Assembly: GCA_963836205.1 (NCBI GenBank)
Contig: CAWIIV010000015.1
Span: 256,001 to 320,000, forward strand
Reading direction: 5' to 3'
Length of the DNA stretch: 64,000 bases
Origin: an uncultured Acidimicrobiia bacterium
Lineage (GTDB): Bacteria; Actinomycetota; Acidimicrobiia; Acidimicrobiales; AC-14
The notes under the pieces are model-generated. The model had not been told where the DNA came from. It searched no databases and saw only the letters and a program-made list of their open reading frames with translations. Shown here piece after piece: positions 44,211 through 57,620 of this stretch. The position numbers were made by a program, and so were the translations under genes. The first letter of the stretch is position 1. Each line of letters starts with the position of its first letter.

Positions 44211-44788
44211 GGGCGGAAGGTGTCGGCCAGATCAAGGGAGAAGCCGGGCAGGAGCGGCGTGACGAGCAGGTCGCCGACGGTCACCGAGTACGTGCGGCCG
44301 AAGCCGGCGACGTCGACCGCCACTCGCAGGTGGACGGTGATCTTGCGGGCCGGGGGGTCGACCAGCCACAGCTCGGCCGACCCCGCCTCCCCGTAGCGGC
44401 GGCGCTTGACGCCGGAGTCGTGGCGCCACGTGGCCGGCGAGCGGACCTCGACGATCAGCTCGGGCACCGAGTCGAGCCGGCCGGCGGCGGCGTCGGCACG
44501 GCCGTCGCGGGCCCACCACACGTCGGGGGCGTAGACGTTGGTGGGGTTGACCGTGACCGCGACCGGCAGCCCGGCGACGCCCCGACCGGCCTTGGCGCCG
44601 GTGAAGGTGACCAGCTTGGCGAAGATCCGCCCCGCCACCGCCTGGTGGGTCTCGCCGGGGGCGTCGACCACCGCCTCCCCGTCGACCAGCTGCACCTTCA
44701 CGCCCGGGGGCCAGGTGCGGGCCCGGAACGCCTCCGCGGTGAGTCCCTTGGCCAGCACCGTCCCGTCCGCCGGCGCGTCGGCCGCCAA
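44207..44788 (-). CDS. Uma2 (DUF820) family endonuclease
   Basis: QLVDGE, P...H, APDV, PELIVEVRSP.T..D...K...Y...G..E.WLVDP, LLPGF. Confidence 0.88.
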   Translation of the reverse strand: MAADAPADGTVLAKGLTAEAFRARTWPPGVKVQLVDGEAVVDAPGETHQAVAGRIFAKLVTFTGAKAGRGVAGLPVAVTVNPTNVYAPDVWWARDGRADAAAGRLDSVPELIVEVRSPATWRHDSGVKRRRYGEAGSAELWLVDPPARKITVHLRVAVDVAGFGRTYSVTVGDLLVTPLLPGFSLDLADTFRP

Positions 44789-44792
44789 AGAG

Positions 44793-45998
44793 CTAGGACA
44801 GGTCCTTGCGGATGAGCTGCACCCGCCGGGACACCGCGTTGGGGTCGTCGCCCTGGATCTCCAGGAGCGCCTGGCGGTCGGCCTCCGCCTCCGCCTCCGC
44901 CCCCTCGTCGGCCGCCGCCAGCCGGGCCTCGACTCCCTCCGCCACCAGCCTCTCGGCCTCGTCGACCAGGGCCGAGACCATGTCGGCCTCCGCCACCACC
45001 CGGACGATCTTGCCCTTCACGAACAGGTGGCCCCGGCCCTTGCCGGCGGCGATGCCCAGGTCGGCCATCTTCGCCTCCCCCGGACCGTTGACCACGCAGC
45101 CCATGACGGCCACCTGGATGGGCAGGTTGCGGTCGGCCAGGGCCATCTCCGCCTCCTTGGCCACCCGGATGACGTCGATCTCGGCCCGCCCGCACGACGG
45201 GCAGGCGATGAGGTCGACCGTCTTGCGCTCCCGCAGGCCGAGCGCCTCCAGCAGCTGGCGGCCGGCCCTCGCCTCCTCCACCGGGTCGGCGGTGAGCGAG
45301 TAGCGGATGGTGTCGCCGATGCCCTCGGCCAGCAGGGCGCCGATGCCGGCGGTGGCCTTGATGAGGCCGTTGGGCGGGGGCCCTGCCTCGGTGACGCCCA
45401 GGTGGAGGGGATAGTCGACGGTGTCGGCCAGCTGGCGGTAGGCCTCGATCATCAGGGGGACGTTGGACGCCTTGACCGAGATCTTGACGTCGTAGAAGTC
45501 GACCTCGGCGAAGTAGGCCAGTTCCCGCTGGGCCGAGGCGACCAGGGCCTCGGGGGTCGTGCCGAGCTTGTCCTCTATATCGCGGTCGAGGGAGCCGGCG
45601 TTGACCCCGATGCGGATGGGCACGCCCCGGGCCTTGGCCTCCTGCGCCACCAGCTTGATCTGGGCCGGCTTGCGGATGTTGCCGGGGTTGAGTCGCAGGC
45701 AGGCGACCCCCGCATCGAGGGCGGCCAGGGCCAGTTGGTAGTGGTAGTGGATGTCGGCCACGATCGGCACGGGCGACCGGGGCACGATGCGGGCCAGGCC
45801 CTCGGCCGCTTCGGGCTCGTTGCACGTGCAGCGGACGATGTCGGCCCCGGCGCCGGCCAGGTCGTAGATCTGGGCCAGGGTGGCCTCGACGTCGGCCGTG
45901 CGGGTGATCGTCATCGACTGCACCGTCACCGGCGCACCCCCGCCCACGGGCACCGATCCGACCATGATCGGCCGGGTAATCCGACGGCTGGAGATCAT
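44793..45998 (-). CDS. ispG: HMBPP synthase
   Basis: VQSMT, ADIH, RIGVNAGSL, PLHLGVTEAG, ACPSCGR, MGCVVNGPGE. Confidence 0.97.
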   Translation of the reverse strand: MISSRRITRPIMVGSVPVGGGAPVTVQSMTITRTADVEATLAQIYDLAGAGADIVRCTCNEPEAAEGLARIVPRSPVPIVADIHYHYQLALAALDAGVACLRLNPGNIRKPAQIKLVAQEAKARGVPIRIGVNAGSLDRDIEDKLGTTPEALVASAQRELAYFAEVDFYDVKISVKASNVPLMIEAYRQLADTVDYPLHLGVTEAGPPPNGLIKATAGIGALLAEGIGDTIRYSLTADPVEEARAGRQLLEALGLRERKTVDLIACPSCGRAEIDVIRVAKEAEMALADRNLPIQVAVMGCVVNGPGEAKMADLGIAAGKGRGHLFVKGKIVRVVAEADMVSALVDEAERLVAEGVEARLAAADEGAEAEAEADRQALLEIQGDDPNAVSRRVQLIRKDLS

Positions 45999-46024
45999 AG
46001 GCACCAGTCTTCCACCAACCCTCG

Positions 46025-46073
46025 AACTGGTGACACCCAACGCCCCTTCTGAGGGCGGCGGATGTCACCAGTT
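46025..46073. repeat. Single copy of the hairpin element (49 bp)
   Basis: AACTGGTGAC-N29-GTCACCAGTT between the RIP protease and ispG genes. Confidence 0.85.
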
Positions 46074-46116
46074 GGGACGGGAGGGCCTACCTGCTTACCT
46101 ACTGGAACGGCCTGCT

Positions 46117-47535
46117 TTACTGGAACGGGTTGCCGACGGGCTTGAAGATGTCGAGGTAGATCGACGTCAGGCCCAGCAGCACCATGAAGACCACCACCGC
46201 CGCGGTCAGGGGCATGAGCTTGCCCACGTCGGCGTAGTACCGGCGGCCGGCCCGGGAGCGCAGCCGCTCGTAGGTGGCCACTGCGATGTGTCCGCCGTCG
46301 AAGGGCAGCAGCGGCACCAGGTTGAGGACGGCAACGAACAGGTTAAGCAGCACCAGCACGTAGATGACGTTGAAGGCCCCGCTCTCGGCGGCCTGGCCCG
46401 CGATGCGGGTGACGCCGACGACCGAGACCGGCCGCAGGTCCTCGGTACCCGGCGTGGGGCTGCCCGTGAGGTGGTTGGCGTAGTCCTTCAACGAGCTGGG
46501 GGTGAAGATCGTGCCCAGGCCCTGGACCGAGGCGGTGGTGAGCCGCCACATCTCACTGCCCGAACGTCCGACGGCGGCGACCGGTCCCAGCTTCTCGGTG
46601 ATCGACGCCGACCCGATGCCGATGAATCCGATGGTGGCACCCTCGCGGTCGATGGCCGCCGGGGTGGCGGTGAGGGTCAGCTGCGCACCGTCACGCTCGA
46701 CGAGGAACCGCAGCGGCCGGTCGGCGCTCTTCTGGATCATGGGGGGCATGTCGGCCCACTTCGTGATCGGGGTGCCGTCGACGGCCAGGATGCGGTCGCC
46801 GGTCATGAACCCGGCGTCGACCGCGGGGGCCTGGCCCGAGTCGAGCCGGCTGATGGTGCCGATGACGGGCTGGTCGTTGCGAGGCACGCCAAGCAGCGTC
46901 CACATGAACATGAGGAGGACGAAGGCGACCACGAAATGGGTGACGACTCCGGCCACCGCCACGATGACCCGCTTGGGGTAGCTCTGCTGGCGGTAGGTGC
47001 GGGGCTCGTCGGCGGGGTCGATGCCCCGCTCGAGGTTGCTCATCCCGATGATCTTCACGTAGCCGCCCAGGGGCAGGGCCTTGATGCCGTAGACGGTCTC
47101 ACCCCGCCGGATCGACCACAGCTTGGGGCCGAAGCCGAAGAAGAACTCGGTGACCTTCATGCCGGCCCACTTGGCGGTGACGAAGTGACCGAACTCGTGG
47201 ATCATGACCATGGCGACGATCGCCAGGACGAACGCCACCACCGGGAAGCTTCCGGCGGAGATCGACCAGACGACCCCCACCGCGATGGCGGCGAAGATCG
47301 GGATCAGCTTGCTCAGGCTCTCGTGGGTGGGCAGGGCGGCTGCGCTGCTGGTCTCGGGGCTGCTGGTCTCGGGGCTGCCGGCTTCGGGGCTGCCGGCTTC
47401 GGGGCTGCCGGCTTCGGGGGTCCCGGTCTTGGGAGTCACGGACGAAGTGGTCGTTTCTGTCCTCTGGGGCTCGACGGCGACCTGGTGGTCGCCGGGGGTC
47501 GTGGTCTGGGATGAATGACGGCCTGTGTCTGTCAC
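46117..47535 (-). CDS. rseP: RIP/site-2 zinc metalloprotease (M50) with PDZ domain
   Basis: HEFGH, GFGP, PLGGYV, NLVPLLPFDGGH; N-terminal (PEAGS)3(PETSS)2 repeat. Confidence 0.93.
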   Translation of the reverse strand: MTDTGRHSSQTTTPGDHQVAVEPQRTETTTSSVTPKTGTPEAGSPEAGSPEAGSPETSSPETSSAAALPTHESLSKLIPIFAAIAVGVVWSISAGSFPVVAFVLAIVAMVMIHEFGHFVTAKWAGMKVTEFFFGFGPKLWSIRRGETVYGIKALPLGGYVKIIGMSNLERGIDPADEPRTYRQQSYPKRVIVAVAGVVTHFVVAFVLLMFMWTLLGVPRNDQPVIGTISRLDSGQAPAVDAGFMTGDRILAVDGTPITKWADMPPMIQKSADRPLRFLVERDGAQLTLTATPAAIDREGATIGFIGIGSASITEKLGPVAAVGRSGSEMWRLTTASVQGLGTIFTPSSLKDYANHLTGSPTPGTEDLRPVSVVGVTRIAGQAAESGAFNVIYVLVLLNLFVAVLNLVPLLPFDGGHIAVATYERLRSRAGRRYYADVGKLMPLTAAVVVFMVLLGLTSIYLDIFKPVGNPFQ

Positions 47536-48719
47536 GCCGCTGCAACTCTCCGTTCTACGGCCCGCCTGGCCAGCTCCCGAGCTTTTCGGTCGGCTTCGAT
47601 GACAACGTCGGCGTCGACCGGATCGGTTCCATCATGCCCATCGAGAGTTTCTTTTATGACTTCGGAGATGGCCGACCACCGCAGCATCCCGTCGAGGAAG
47701 GCGGCGACCGCCACCTCGTTGGCCGCGTTGAGCCAGGCGGGGGCGGTGCCGCCGGTGCGGCCGGCCGCGTAGGCCAGGCCCAGGCAGGGGAAGGCGTCGA
47801 GGTCGGGGGGCTCGAAGTCGAGGCGGGCGGCCTGGGTCCAGTCGAGGGCGCCGAAGGCCACGCCGCTGCGGTCGGGGTAGGCCAGGGCGTAGCCGATCGG
47901 CAGGCGCATGTCGGGGTTGGAGAGCTGGGCGATCACCGCCCCGTCGGTGAACTCCACCATCGAGTGCACGATCGACTGGGGGTGGACGACGACCTGGATG
48001 CGGTCGTAGTCGGCACCGAACAGCTCGTGGGCCTCGATCACCTCCAGACCCTTGTTCATCAGGGTCGACGAGTCGACGGTGATCTTGGGCCCCATCGACC
48101 ACGTGGGGTGCTTGAGGGCGTCGGCGATGGAGACGTCGGCCAGCTCGGACCGGCTCCGGCCCCGGAACGGTCCCCCGCTGGCGGTGAGGACGATGCGGGC
48201 CAGGCGGTCGTCGACGCTGCGCCCATCGGGGCCGACGGCGTTGGCCCGCAGGCACTGGTGGACGGCGCAGTGCTCGGAGTCGACGGGCACGATCTCGGCC
48301 CCGGGCGTGCGCTTGGCCACCGCCACCACCGGCCCCGCCGCGATCAGGGATTCCTTGTTGGCCAGGGCCAGCCGGTGGCCGGCATGGAGGGCGGCGAGGG
48401 TGACGGTGAGCCCGGCGAAGCCGACCACCCCGTTGACCACCACGTCGGCGGCGCCGGCGATGGCAGCCAACGAGTCGGGGCCGGCGTGGATCTCGACGCT
48501 GGTTCCTGCGGGGAGGGCCGCTTTGAGGTCGGCGGCCCGGGAAGCGTCGGCGATGGCGACCACGTCCGGCCGGAACTCCTCGACCTGGGCGGCCAACTGG
48601 TCCACCGAGGTGGAGGCCCCGAGGGCGACGATCCGGTAGCGATCGGGCTCGGCCCGGACGACCTCGAGCGTCTGGCGCCCGATGGAGCCGGTGGAGCCCA
48701 CCAGGCTGACGGTCTTCAC
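47532..48719 (-). CDS. dxr: 1-deoxy-D-xylulose-5-phosphate reductoisomerase
   Basis: GSTGSIG, LANKESL, PVDSEH, TASGGPF, NKGLE.IEA. Confidence 0.97.
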   Translation of the reverse strand: MKTVSLVGSTGSIGRQTLEVVRAEPDRYRIVALGASTSVDQLAAQVEEFRPDVVAIADASRAADLKAALPAGTSVEIHAGPDSLAAIAGAADVVVNGVVGFAGLTVTLAALHAGHRLALANKESLIAAGPVVAVAKRTPGAEIVPVDSEHCAVHQCLRANAVGPDGRSVDDRLARIVLTASGGPFRGRSRSELADVSIADALKHPTWSMGPKITVDSSTLMNKGLEVIEAHELFGADYDRIQVVVHPQSIVHSMVEFTDGAVIAQLSNPDMRLPIGYALAYPDRSGVAFGALDWTQAARLDFEPPDLDAFPCLGLAYAAGRTGGTAPAWLNAANEVAVAAFLDGMLRWSAISEVIKETLDGHDGTDPVDADVVIEADRKARELARRAVERRVAAA

Positions 48720-48741
48720 CGGGCGCCGCTCACCATGGCGG

Positions 48742-51153
<2,412 letters not shown>

Positions 51154-51242
51154 GTGCCCTCCTTCTCGAGGCTTCCGCCCCGCCCGGCCGTCCGCTCCCA
51201 GCCGGGCGCGGCGGTCCGGTTCCCCCGGTCAGACCCAATTGC

Positions 51243-51800
51243 TCAGACCTCGAGCAGCTCCTGCTCCTTGCGTGCCAGCATGCTGTCGATCTCGGCCACG
51301 TACTCGTGGGTGACCTTCTCCAACTCCTTCTCGGCCCGGTCGAGCTCGTCGAGGGAGATCTCGCCGTCCTTCTCCAGTGCCTCCAATTCGTGGCGGGACG
51401 CCCGGCGGACGTTGCGAACCGCCACCCGTCCCTCCTCGGCCTTGTGCTTGACCACCTTCACCAGATCCTTCCGACGCTCGGTGGTGAGCTGGGGAAAGTT
51501 AAGTCGGATCACGACCCCGTCGTTCGACGGGGTAATGCCGAGGTCGGAGTGCTGGATGGCCCGCTCGATGGCCTTGATCGAGTTCTTGTCGTAGGGAGCC
51601 ACGACGAGCAGCCGGGGTTCGGGGACGGTGAAGCCGGCCAGCTGCTGTAGGGGCACTTCGCTGCCGTAGTAGTCGACCCTCAGCTTCTCGACCAGGGCGG
51701 GCGTGGCTCGGCCGGTGCGGACGCTGGAGAACTCGGACTGGGTGTGGCTGACGGCCTTGGACATCTTCTCGGCCGTCTGGAGCAGGACATCGTCGGTCAT
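51243..51800 (-). CDS. frr: Ribosome recycling factor
   Basis: RTGRATP, DYYG, P.LT.ERRK, AVRNVRR. Confidence 0.97.
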   Translation of the reverse strand: MTDDVLLQTAEKMSKAVSHTQSEFSSVRTGRATPALVEKLRVDYYGSEVPLQQLAGFTVPEPRLLVVAPYDKNSIKAIERAIQHSDLGITPSNDGVVIRLNFPQLTTERRKDLVKVVKHKAEEGRVAVRNVRRASRHELEALEKDGEISLDELDRAEKELEKVTHEYVAEIDSMLARKEQELLEV

Positions 51801-51831
51801 CGGCTCACCGATCGCCGAGCATTTGGGCCCG

Positions 51832-52566
51832 TCATGAGACAAGCGTACCGATCGGCTCACCTTCGAGTACGCGTCTGATGTTGCCCGGCACCATCAGGTC
51901 GAACACGACGATGGGCAGCTTGTTGTCCATACAGAAGGTGATGGCGGTGGAGTCCATGATCTTCAGGCCCCGGTTGAGCACCTCGATGTAGGCCACCTCG
52001 TCGAACTTGGCCGCATCGGGGTTGAGGAGGGGGTCGTCGGTGTAGACCCCGTCGACGCCGGAGTGGGTGCCTTTGAGGATGGCCTGGGCCCCGATCTCGG
52101 CCGCACGCAGGGCGGCGGTGGTGTCGGTGGTGAAGTAGGGGTTGCCGGTGCCGCCGGCAAGGATCACGACGATGCCCTTCTCCAGGTGGCGCTGGGCCCG
52201 GCGGCGGATGTAGGGCTCGGCCACCCGGTCCATCTGGATGGCGGTCATCACCCGGGTGGGCTCGCCCAGCTTCTCGAGGGCGTCCTGGAGGGCAAGGCCG
52301 TTGATGACGGTGGCGAGCATGCCCATGGTGTCGGCCTGGGCCCGGTCCATGCCCGCGCCCGCACCGGCCATCCCCCGCCAAATGTTGCCCCCGCCGACGA
52401 CGATGGCCACTTCGGTGCCCAGGTCGTGGCGGACCTCGGCCACCTCGCCCGCGATCCGGGCGACCACCTCGCCGTCGATGCCGTACCCGATGGATTCGTC
52501 GGCGAAGGCCTCACCCGACAACTTGAGGATGACCCGCTGCCAGCGCTCCCGCCGGGCCCCGGGCAC
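51832..52566 (-). CDS. pyrH: UMP kinase
   Basis: [30 protein letters not shown]. Confidence 0.97.
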   Translation of the reverse strand: MPGARRERWQRVILKLSGEAFADESIGYGIDGEVVARIAGEVAEVRHDLGTEVAIVVGGGNIWRGMAGAGAGMDRAQADTMGMLATVINGLALQDALEKLGEPTRVMTAIQMDRVAEPYIRRRAQRHLEKGIVVILAGGTGNPYFTTDTTAALRAAEIGAQAILKGTHSGVDGVYTDDPLLNPDAAKFDEVAYIEVLNRGLKIMDSTAITFCMDNKLPIVVFDLMVPGNIRRVLEGEPIGTLVS

Positions 52567-53360
52567 TATCGGCCGATCTCCACCTGGGCGAATCGGGTGA
52601 GCTTGGCCGGCCCCAGGAGGGCGGTGATCGTCTGCTTGTTGTCCTTGACGAAGGACTGGTCGAGCAGGACGTGCTCCTTGTACCAACCGCCCAGGCGGCC
52701 CTCGACGATCTTGGCGATGGCCTGCTCGGGCTTGCCCTCGTTGCGGCTGATGGCCTCGAGCGTCTGGCGCTCCTCGGCGACGCGCTCGGCGGGCACGTCG
52801 TTGCGGGACAGGTACGCGGGCCGGGAAAAGCCCACGTGGAGGGCAATGTCGTGGGCCATTTCCTGCGTACCCCCGACGACCTCGACCAACACCGCGTTGA
52901 CGCCCCGGTCGTTCTGGATGTGGAGGTAGCTGTCGAGGACGGCGCCGTCGGCGGCCTCGAAGCGCACCACCCGGCCCACCGCGATGTTCTCCTTGAGCGT
53001 GAGGACGAGGTCGTCGACCGCGCTCTGGTGGGCGGCGACGGCCGACTCGCCGTCGGTGGCCACGGCCCGGGCGAGCGTGTCTACCAGCGCCTTGAAGGCG
53101 GGCGACTTGGCGACGTAGTCGGTCTCGCTCTTGAGCTCGACGATGGCGGCCGCGGTGGGCGTGGTGGCGATGGCGACCGCCCCCTGCTCGTTGGCCCGGC
53201 TGGCCTTCTCGACGGCCTTGGTGAGGCCCTTCTCCCGGAGCCACTTGGCCGCCGCCTCGGCGTCGCCGTCGTTCTCGGTGAGGGCCCGCTTGGCGTCCAT
53301 CATCCCGGCACCGGTGGCCTGGCGGAGGGCCTGGACGTCTTTGGCGGTGAAGTCGACCAT
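52566..53360 (-). CDS. tsf: Elongation factor Ts
   Basis: [32 protein letters not shown]. Confidence 0.97.
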   Translation of the reverse strand: MVDFTAKDVQALRQATGAGMMDAKRALTENDGDAEAAAKWLREKGLTKAVEKASRANEQGAVAIATTPTAAAIVELKSETDYVAKSPAFKALVDTLARAVATDGESAVAAHQSAVDDLVLTLKENIAVGRVVRFEAADGAVLDSYLHIQNDRGVNAVLVEVVGGTQEMAHDIALHVGFSRPAYLSRNDVPAERVAEERQTLEAISRNEGKPEQAIAKIVEGRLGGWYKEHVLLDQSFVKDNKQTITALLGPAKLTRFAQVEIGR

Positions 53361-53362
53361 GC

Positions 53363-54469
53363 TCAGGCCTCCGGGGTGTCGCCCGCGGCCGCCGGTCCGG
53401 GGCCGGCGGGGACGGCGGGCGCGACTGCGTCGGTGGACGCGGGGGCGAGGGTGGGGGCCAGCTCGGCACCGCCCACCTGGTGGACGTCGGCGGTGTCGGC
53501 GTCGTCGGGACCGACGACCCGCATGCCCGAATTGTCGTTGGTGGCGCCGTGCTCGGCGAGGGCGCTGAGGGTGGCGGCAGGCATGTCGTCGCCCGGAGGC
53601 GCGAAGTCGGCGGCCTGCTGGTGGCGGCGGGTGGCGGCCAGGCGGGCCTCCCGCTCCTGGGCCTGGAGGGCGGCCTGGCGCCGCGCTTCGGCCTGCAGGT
53701 GCTGGCGCCGGGCCTCGGCCTCGGGGTCGGGGGCATCGGCCGTGGGCTTGGGCGAGGCCGCGACCGCCTTGGCGTGGCGCCGGGACGCGATGTGGCGGCC
53801 TTCCTCGACCGCGTCGGAGATGATGCGGCACATCAGGTTGCCGGCCCGGATGGCGTCGTCGTTGCCCGGGATCACGTACTGGATGAGGTCGGGGTCGCAG
53901 TTGGTGTCGACCACGGCCACGATCGGCATCCCGAGCTTGTTGGCCTCGGTGACGGCGATGTGCTCCTTCTTGGTGTCGATGATGAACACCGCGTCGGGAA
54001 GCTTGGCCAGGTTGCGGATACCGCCCAGGTTGCGCTGCAGCTTCTCCAGCTCACGGCTGAGGATGAGCGCCTCCTTCTTGGGCATGGCCTCGAAGTCGCC
54101 CGCCTCCTTCATCCGCTCGTACTCCTGCATCTTCTTCACCCGGGCACTGATGGTGGAGAAGTTGGTGAGCATCCCGCCCAGCCAACGCTCGTTGATGAAG
54201 GGCATGCCGCACTTGCGGGCGTGGTCGGCGATGGGGTCCTGGGTCTGCTTCTTGGTGCCGACGAAGAGGATCGTGCCCCCGTCGGCGACCATGTCGCGCA
54301 CGAACGTATAGGCGGTGTTGATGCGAACCAGGGTCTGGTTGAGGTCGATGATGTAGATGCCGTTGCGCTCGCCGAAGATGAAGCGGCGCATCTTGGGGTT
54401 CCAGCGCCGGGTCTGGTGTCCGAAGTGGACCCCTGCCTCCAGCAACTGCTTCATGGTGACGACAGCCAT
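53363..54469 (-). CDS. rpsB: 30S ribosomal protein S2 with long C-terminal extension
   Basis: [36 protein letters not shown]. Confidence 0.97.
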   Translation of the reverse strand: MAVVTMKQLLEAGVHFGHQTRRWNPKMRRFIFGERNGIYIIDLNQTLVRINTAYTFVRDMVADGGTILFVGTKKQTQDPIADHARKCGMPFINERWLGGMLTNFSTISARVKKMQEYERMKEAGDFEAMPKKEALILSRELEKLQRNLGGIRNLAKLPDAVFIIDTKKEHIAVTEANKLGMPIVAVVDTNCDPDLIQYVIPGNDDAIRAGNLMCRIISDAVEEGRHIASRRHAKAVAASPKPTADAPDPEAEARRQHLQAEARRQAALQAQEREARLAATRRHQQAADFAPPGDDMPAATLSALAEHGATNDNSGMRVVGPDDADTADVHQVGGAELAPTLAPASTDAVAPAVPAGPGPAAAGDTPEA

Positions 54470-54575
54470 GGTTTTCTCCTCTCCCACCGGTTGGTCGTGC
54501 CCGGCGCCACGCCCCCGCAGGGGCGACCGTGGGACGGCGCGAGGCATGTTGAATCCCGGGTGCGAGGTGCTCCGG
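54470..54575 (-). promoter_or_regulatory. Probable rpsB 5' leader (S2 autoregulatory structure)
   Basis: Structured GC-rich leader with GGGGGCGTG and AACC before the GGAG RBS; TAGACT -10 at ~54583-54588. Confidence 0.4.
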
Positions 54576-54580
54576 GGCCA

Positions 54581-55815
54581 TCAGTCTACGCCCCGGCCGG
54601 CGGTGGCGACATCGAGGGCGATGAGGTGGTTGGACCGGGCCTCCCGGGTGCCCACGAGGAGGAGGCCGTCGGAGGTCATGGCCACGCCGCTCACCCGGCC
54701 CGGCCAGTCGAGCACCCTCGGCTCCAGGCCCGGCCCGACCAGGAACAGCCGGCCGTCGTCGACGGGGAAGGCGAACGGTCCGTCGGGACTCGCTCCCACG
54801 GGCCCGCCCCTGACCGCGACCCCCGATGCGGCCGACCCGATCCACCGGTCGACGCCGGTGGCGGCGTCGACCAGCATGAGCCCCGCCAGCCGGTGGGCGA
54901 CGAGCACCTCGCCGTCGCCGAGGGGCAGGGGCGGCACCTCGGGCGAGCCCCTACCATCCGTTTCGGCCCGCCACCGCTCGCCACCGTCGGCCAGGTCGAG
55001 CCCGTGGGCGGCGATGTCGCCGGCCACCGCCACCACCACCGATCCGACTCAGACTCCGACTCCGACTCCGACTCCGACGAGAGGGGGACGATCGCCGGGG
55101 CTCCCAGCCCTCCGGGCACAAGGGGCACCGACCACCGCTGGCGCCCGTCGGCCCCGTCGACCACCACCGCCCCGGCGGAGTCGCCGAGCATCGACTCCCA
55201 CGTGACCGCCACTGCCGCGCCATCGGTAGCGGCGGGGCCAATGGCGGGCCCGGGCAGGGCCGTGCGCCATGCCACGCGGCCGTCGGCGAGGTCGAAGGCG
55301 GTGAGCGACCCCTCCCACGTGGAGACCACCGCCCGCCCGTCGACGATCACCGGCCCGTTGGCCCGCTCGCCCACCTCGGTGTCCCACCGGAGCTTCCCGG
55401 AGCGGCGGTCGACAGCCACGACCCCCTCCTCGGTGGCGGCGATGACCAGGTCGGACGTGAGCGCGGGCGCGACGTCGCGGAGGCCGACCCGCTCGAGCTC
55501 CCACCGCAGGGTGCCGTCGAGATCGAGGAGCACCACCCGGAGGTGGCCGTAGGTGAAGGCGACCCCGTCGTCGTCGGCCACCGGCATCCCGACCGACCCG
55601 GGGGGCTCCGCCGTCCAGCGCCAGGCCTCCTCGACCTCGATAGGGCGGTCGGCGCCCGCCGCCGCCGACTCGGTGGCGTCGGGGGCGGCCTCGCCCGGCG
55701 GGTCGGAGGCTCCGCGACCGCACCCGACAAGGGCTACGACGACGGTGAGGCCGAGCGCGAGCCCACCGAGGCGCCTGGGTGCCCGATCGCTCCGCCCGCG
55801 GAGAAGCATCGTCAT
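54581..55815 (-). CDS. Lipoprotein with PQQ-like (BamB-type) beta-propeller; frameshift near 55042
   Basis: Lipobox LVGC; repeated A.D...G...W blades; a (SE)n hexamer run followed by a missing G splits it into two ORFs; ATGA overlap with the upstream gene. Confidence 0.8.
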
Positions 55816-57440
55816 GACGTACCTCGTTTCTTCTTGACCAAGTCGATGGGGGACGGGACGAACTGGTCGAGGCGGCGACCCCCGTACCAGGCGAGGGCCC
55901 CGAGCGAGTCCTCGGTCGACGCGATCCCCTGGGACACGAAGGCGTCGGCCATTGCGTCGGTGAAGCTCTGGCACGTGGGTGCCAGGTGGTTGACGGCCAG
56001 CGCGACCTCGCGCTCGGCCTGATCGGACCCGGTGAGGTCGTAGTGGTCGTTGAGAAGGCCAGGGACGGAGATGGTGACGCTCTTGGCACCGTCGTAGCCG
56101 GTTTGCCCGGCGGGCACGATCAGGTCGCCCCGGGCCCCGATCGACGTGGCGTGGAGGCCCTCGGGTAGCGGTCGCCGGTTGAGGTCGTGGATGAAGGACG
56201 AGGTTTCCGACAGCTGTTGGACCGACTCGCTCCGCGGGTCCCACGGCATGACCGTGCTTGCAAGCCACTCGCCGGCTCCGCCCACGGTGGTGAAGCCGAC
56301 CATCCTGCCGGCGGTGGCCAGGTTGGCGCCCTGGTGGGGACTGCCCAGCGTGACCAGCGACGACACCTGCGGGAGGGTGGGATCGAGCCCGTCGAACTCG
56401 TTCGTGAGCGCCTCCCGTGCCACCACCCCACCCTGGGAGTGGGCGATCACGTCGATCGGCACGCCGGGGTGGTCGCGCTCGAGCTGCTGCAGGTACTCCC
56501 GGAGGAGCCGGGCCGAATGACGCATGTCGACAGTGGTGTCGGGCGGCTCGTAGTCCGTCACCTCGGTGTTGGCGCCGCGGTAGGAGAAACGGGAGACATC
56601 ATCGGCGGCGTAGCCGAGGGCGGACGTGTCGAGGTCGTCGATGGCCGCTCCCCCGTCGACCGACTTGGAGCCGAGGCCGCCGACGAGCACCGCCAGGTGC
56701 CGAGCTTCGAGGCGGGGCTGGGCCACGGTGGCCGGCGTGCAGTCGGCGCGCTGGCGCAGCCACTCCCGTCCCGCGTCGGCGATGCGGACGACGTCGTCGA
56801 CGGGCGTCGCTTTCCACAAGTAGAGGGCGACGCCCTGCGCCTCCTCGATCTTGTCGCCGACCTGTCCCCGGACCCAGTCGACGGTCCACTCCGTGGCCTC
56901 CCGGCCCATATGGAGGAGCTGGCCCAGCAGCCCCGCCTTTTCGTCCTCCTCCGACCCCAGCCCGCGGTCGGCCTCGGGGACGAGGTGGACCTCGGGTGGC
57001 CCGTCGCCGAGGAGGAGCACCGGGTCGATGTAGACGTCGCCGATGCGGGCGCCGAAATGAAACGCGTCGGCCGCAGTCCCGACCCGTTGACCTTGGGTGA
57101 CGGTGTCTCCCCGGCGAACCTCGATCCCGCCGAGGAAGGCGTAGGTGGTGCGGACCCCGTCGGCGTGGAGTACGACCACGTGCAGCCGGCCACCAACCGA
57201 GCCGGCGAAGGAGACGACGCCGTCGGCCGCAGCCGCAACCGGCTCACCGTTGGCGGTGGCGTACTCGACGCCACGGTTGCCGGGCATCCACCGCTCGACC
57301 GGGGGCCGGAACGGGTCGACGATCGGGGCGTCGACCGGCGCACGGTAGGTGACCAGTTGGGGAGGCGCGGCGTGGGCCCAGGACGGCAGGGCCACCAGCA
57401 GCGCGAGAGGAACCGCCACCAGCACGGCAATTCGCCGCAT
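55812..57440 (-). CDS. Secreted fusion of a degenerate M23 (LytM) domain and an alpha/beta-hydrolase (lipase-like)
   Basis: Signal peptide AHA-A; M23-like GNRGVE, V.AAADG.V.FAG, TTY..L, V..GD.V.QG, HFG; lipase IAHSQGG, LVTLGSPHQG, GDLIVP, DH. Confidence 0.82.
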   Translation of the reverse strand: MRRIAVLVAVPLALLVALPSWAHAAPPQLVTYRAPVDAPIVDPFRPPVERWMPGNRGVEYATANGEPVAAAADGVVSFAGSVGGRLHVVVLHADGVRTTYAFLGGIEVRRGDTVTQGQRVGTAADAFHFGARIGDVYIDPVLLLGDGPPEVHLVPEADRGLGSEEDEKAGLLGQLLHMGREATEWTVDWVRGQVGDKIEEAQGVALYLWKATPVDDVVRIADAGREWLRQRADCTPATVAQPRLEARHLAVLVGGLGSKSVDGGAAIDDLDTSALGYAADDVSRFSYRGANTEVTDYEPPDTTVDMRHSARLLREYLQQLERDHPGVPIDVIAHSQGGVVAREALTNEFDGLDPTLPQVSSLVTLGSPHQGANLATAGRMVGFTTVGGAGEWLASTVMPWDPRSESVQQLSETSSFIHDLNRRPLPEGLHATSIGARGDLIVPAGQTGYDGAKSVTISVPGLLNDHYDLTGSDQAEREVALAVNHLAPTCQSFTDAMADAFVSQGIASTEDSLGALAWYGGRRLDQFVPSPIDLVKKKRGTS

Positions 57441-57509
57441 GGGAACCCCCCAGGGAGACGCGAGACGCTGGGGGGAAGTGGCGGGAGGTCAAAGACCACC
57501 GATTGACGC

Positions 57510-57531
57510 AGGATAGCGCGGGGGTGAGACA
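57510..57531 (-). promoter_or_regulatory. PafBC/RecA-NDp-like promoter motif
   Basis: TGTCTC-ACCCCCGCGC-TATCCT, about 70 nt upstream of the M23-lipase start. Confidence 0.55.
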
Positions 57532-57620
57532 AGAACCAGCCCGGCGTCACCGCCGGGGAAGAGGTCCTACGGTCTGCGTGTCGCCCGCACCGGGTCGTGC
57601 CGAGGCCCGGCAGTCACCGC

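Noticed and set aside
44207-44788. Uma2 nuclease plus adjacent methyltransferase as a restriction-modification system
   Set aside because: The methyltransferase is a Tam-like small-molecule type without DPPY/NPPY or PC motifs, and Uma2 genes are common orphans.
46089-46128. Short duplication of TACTGGAACGG at the RIP protease 3' end
   Set aside because: An 11-bp local duplication with no element between the copies; too little support for a target-site duplication.
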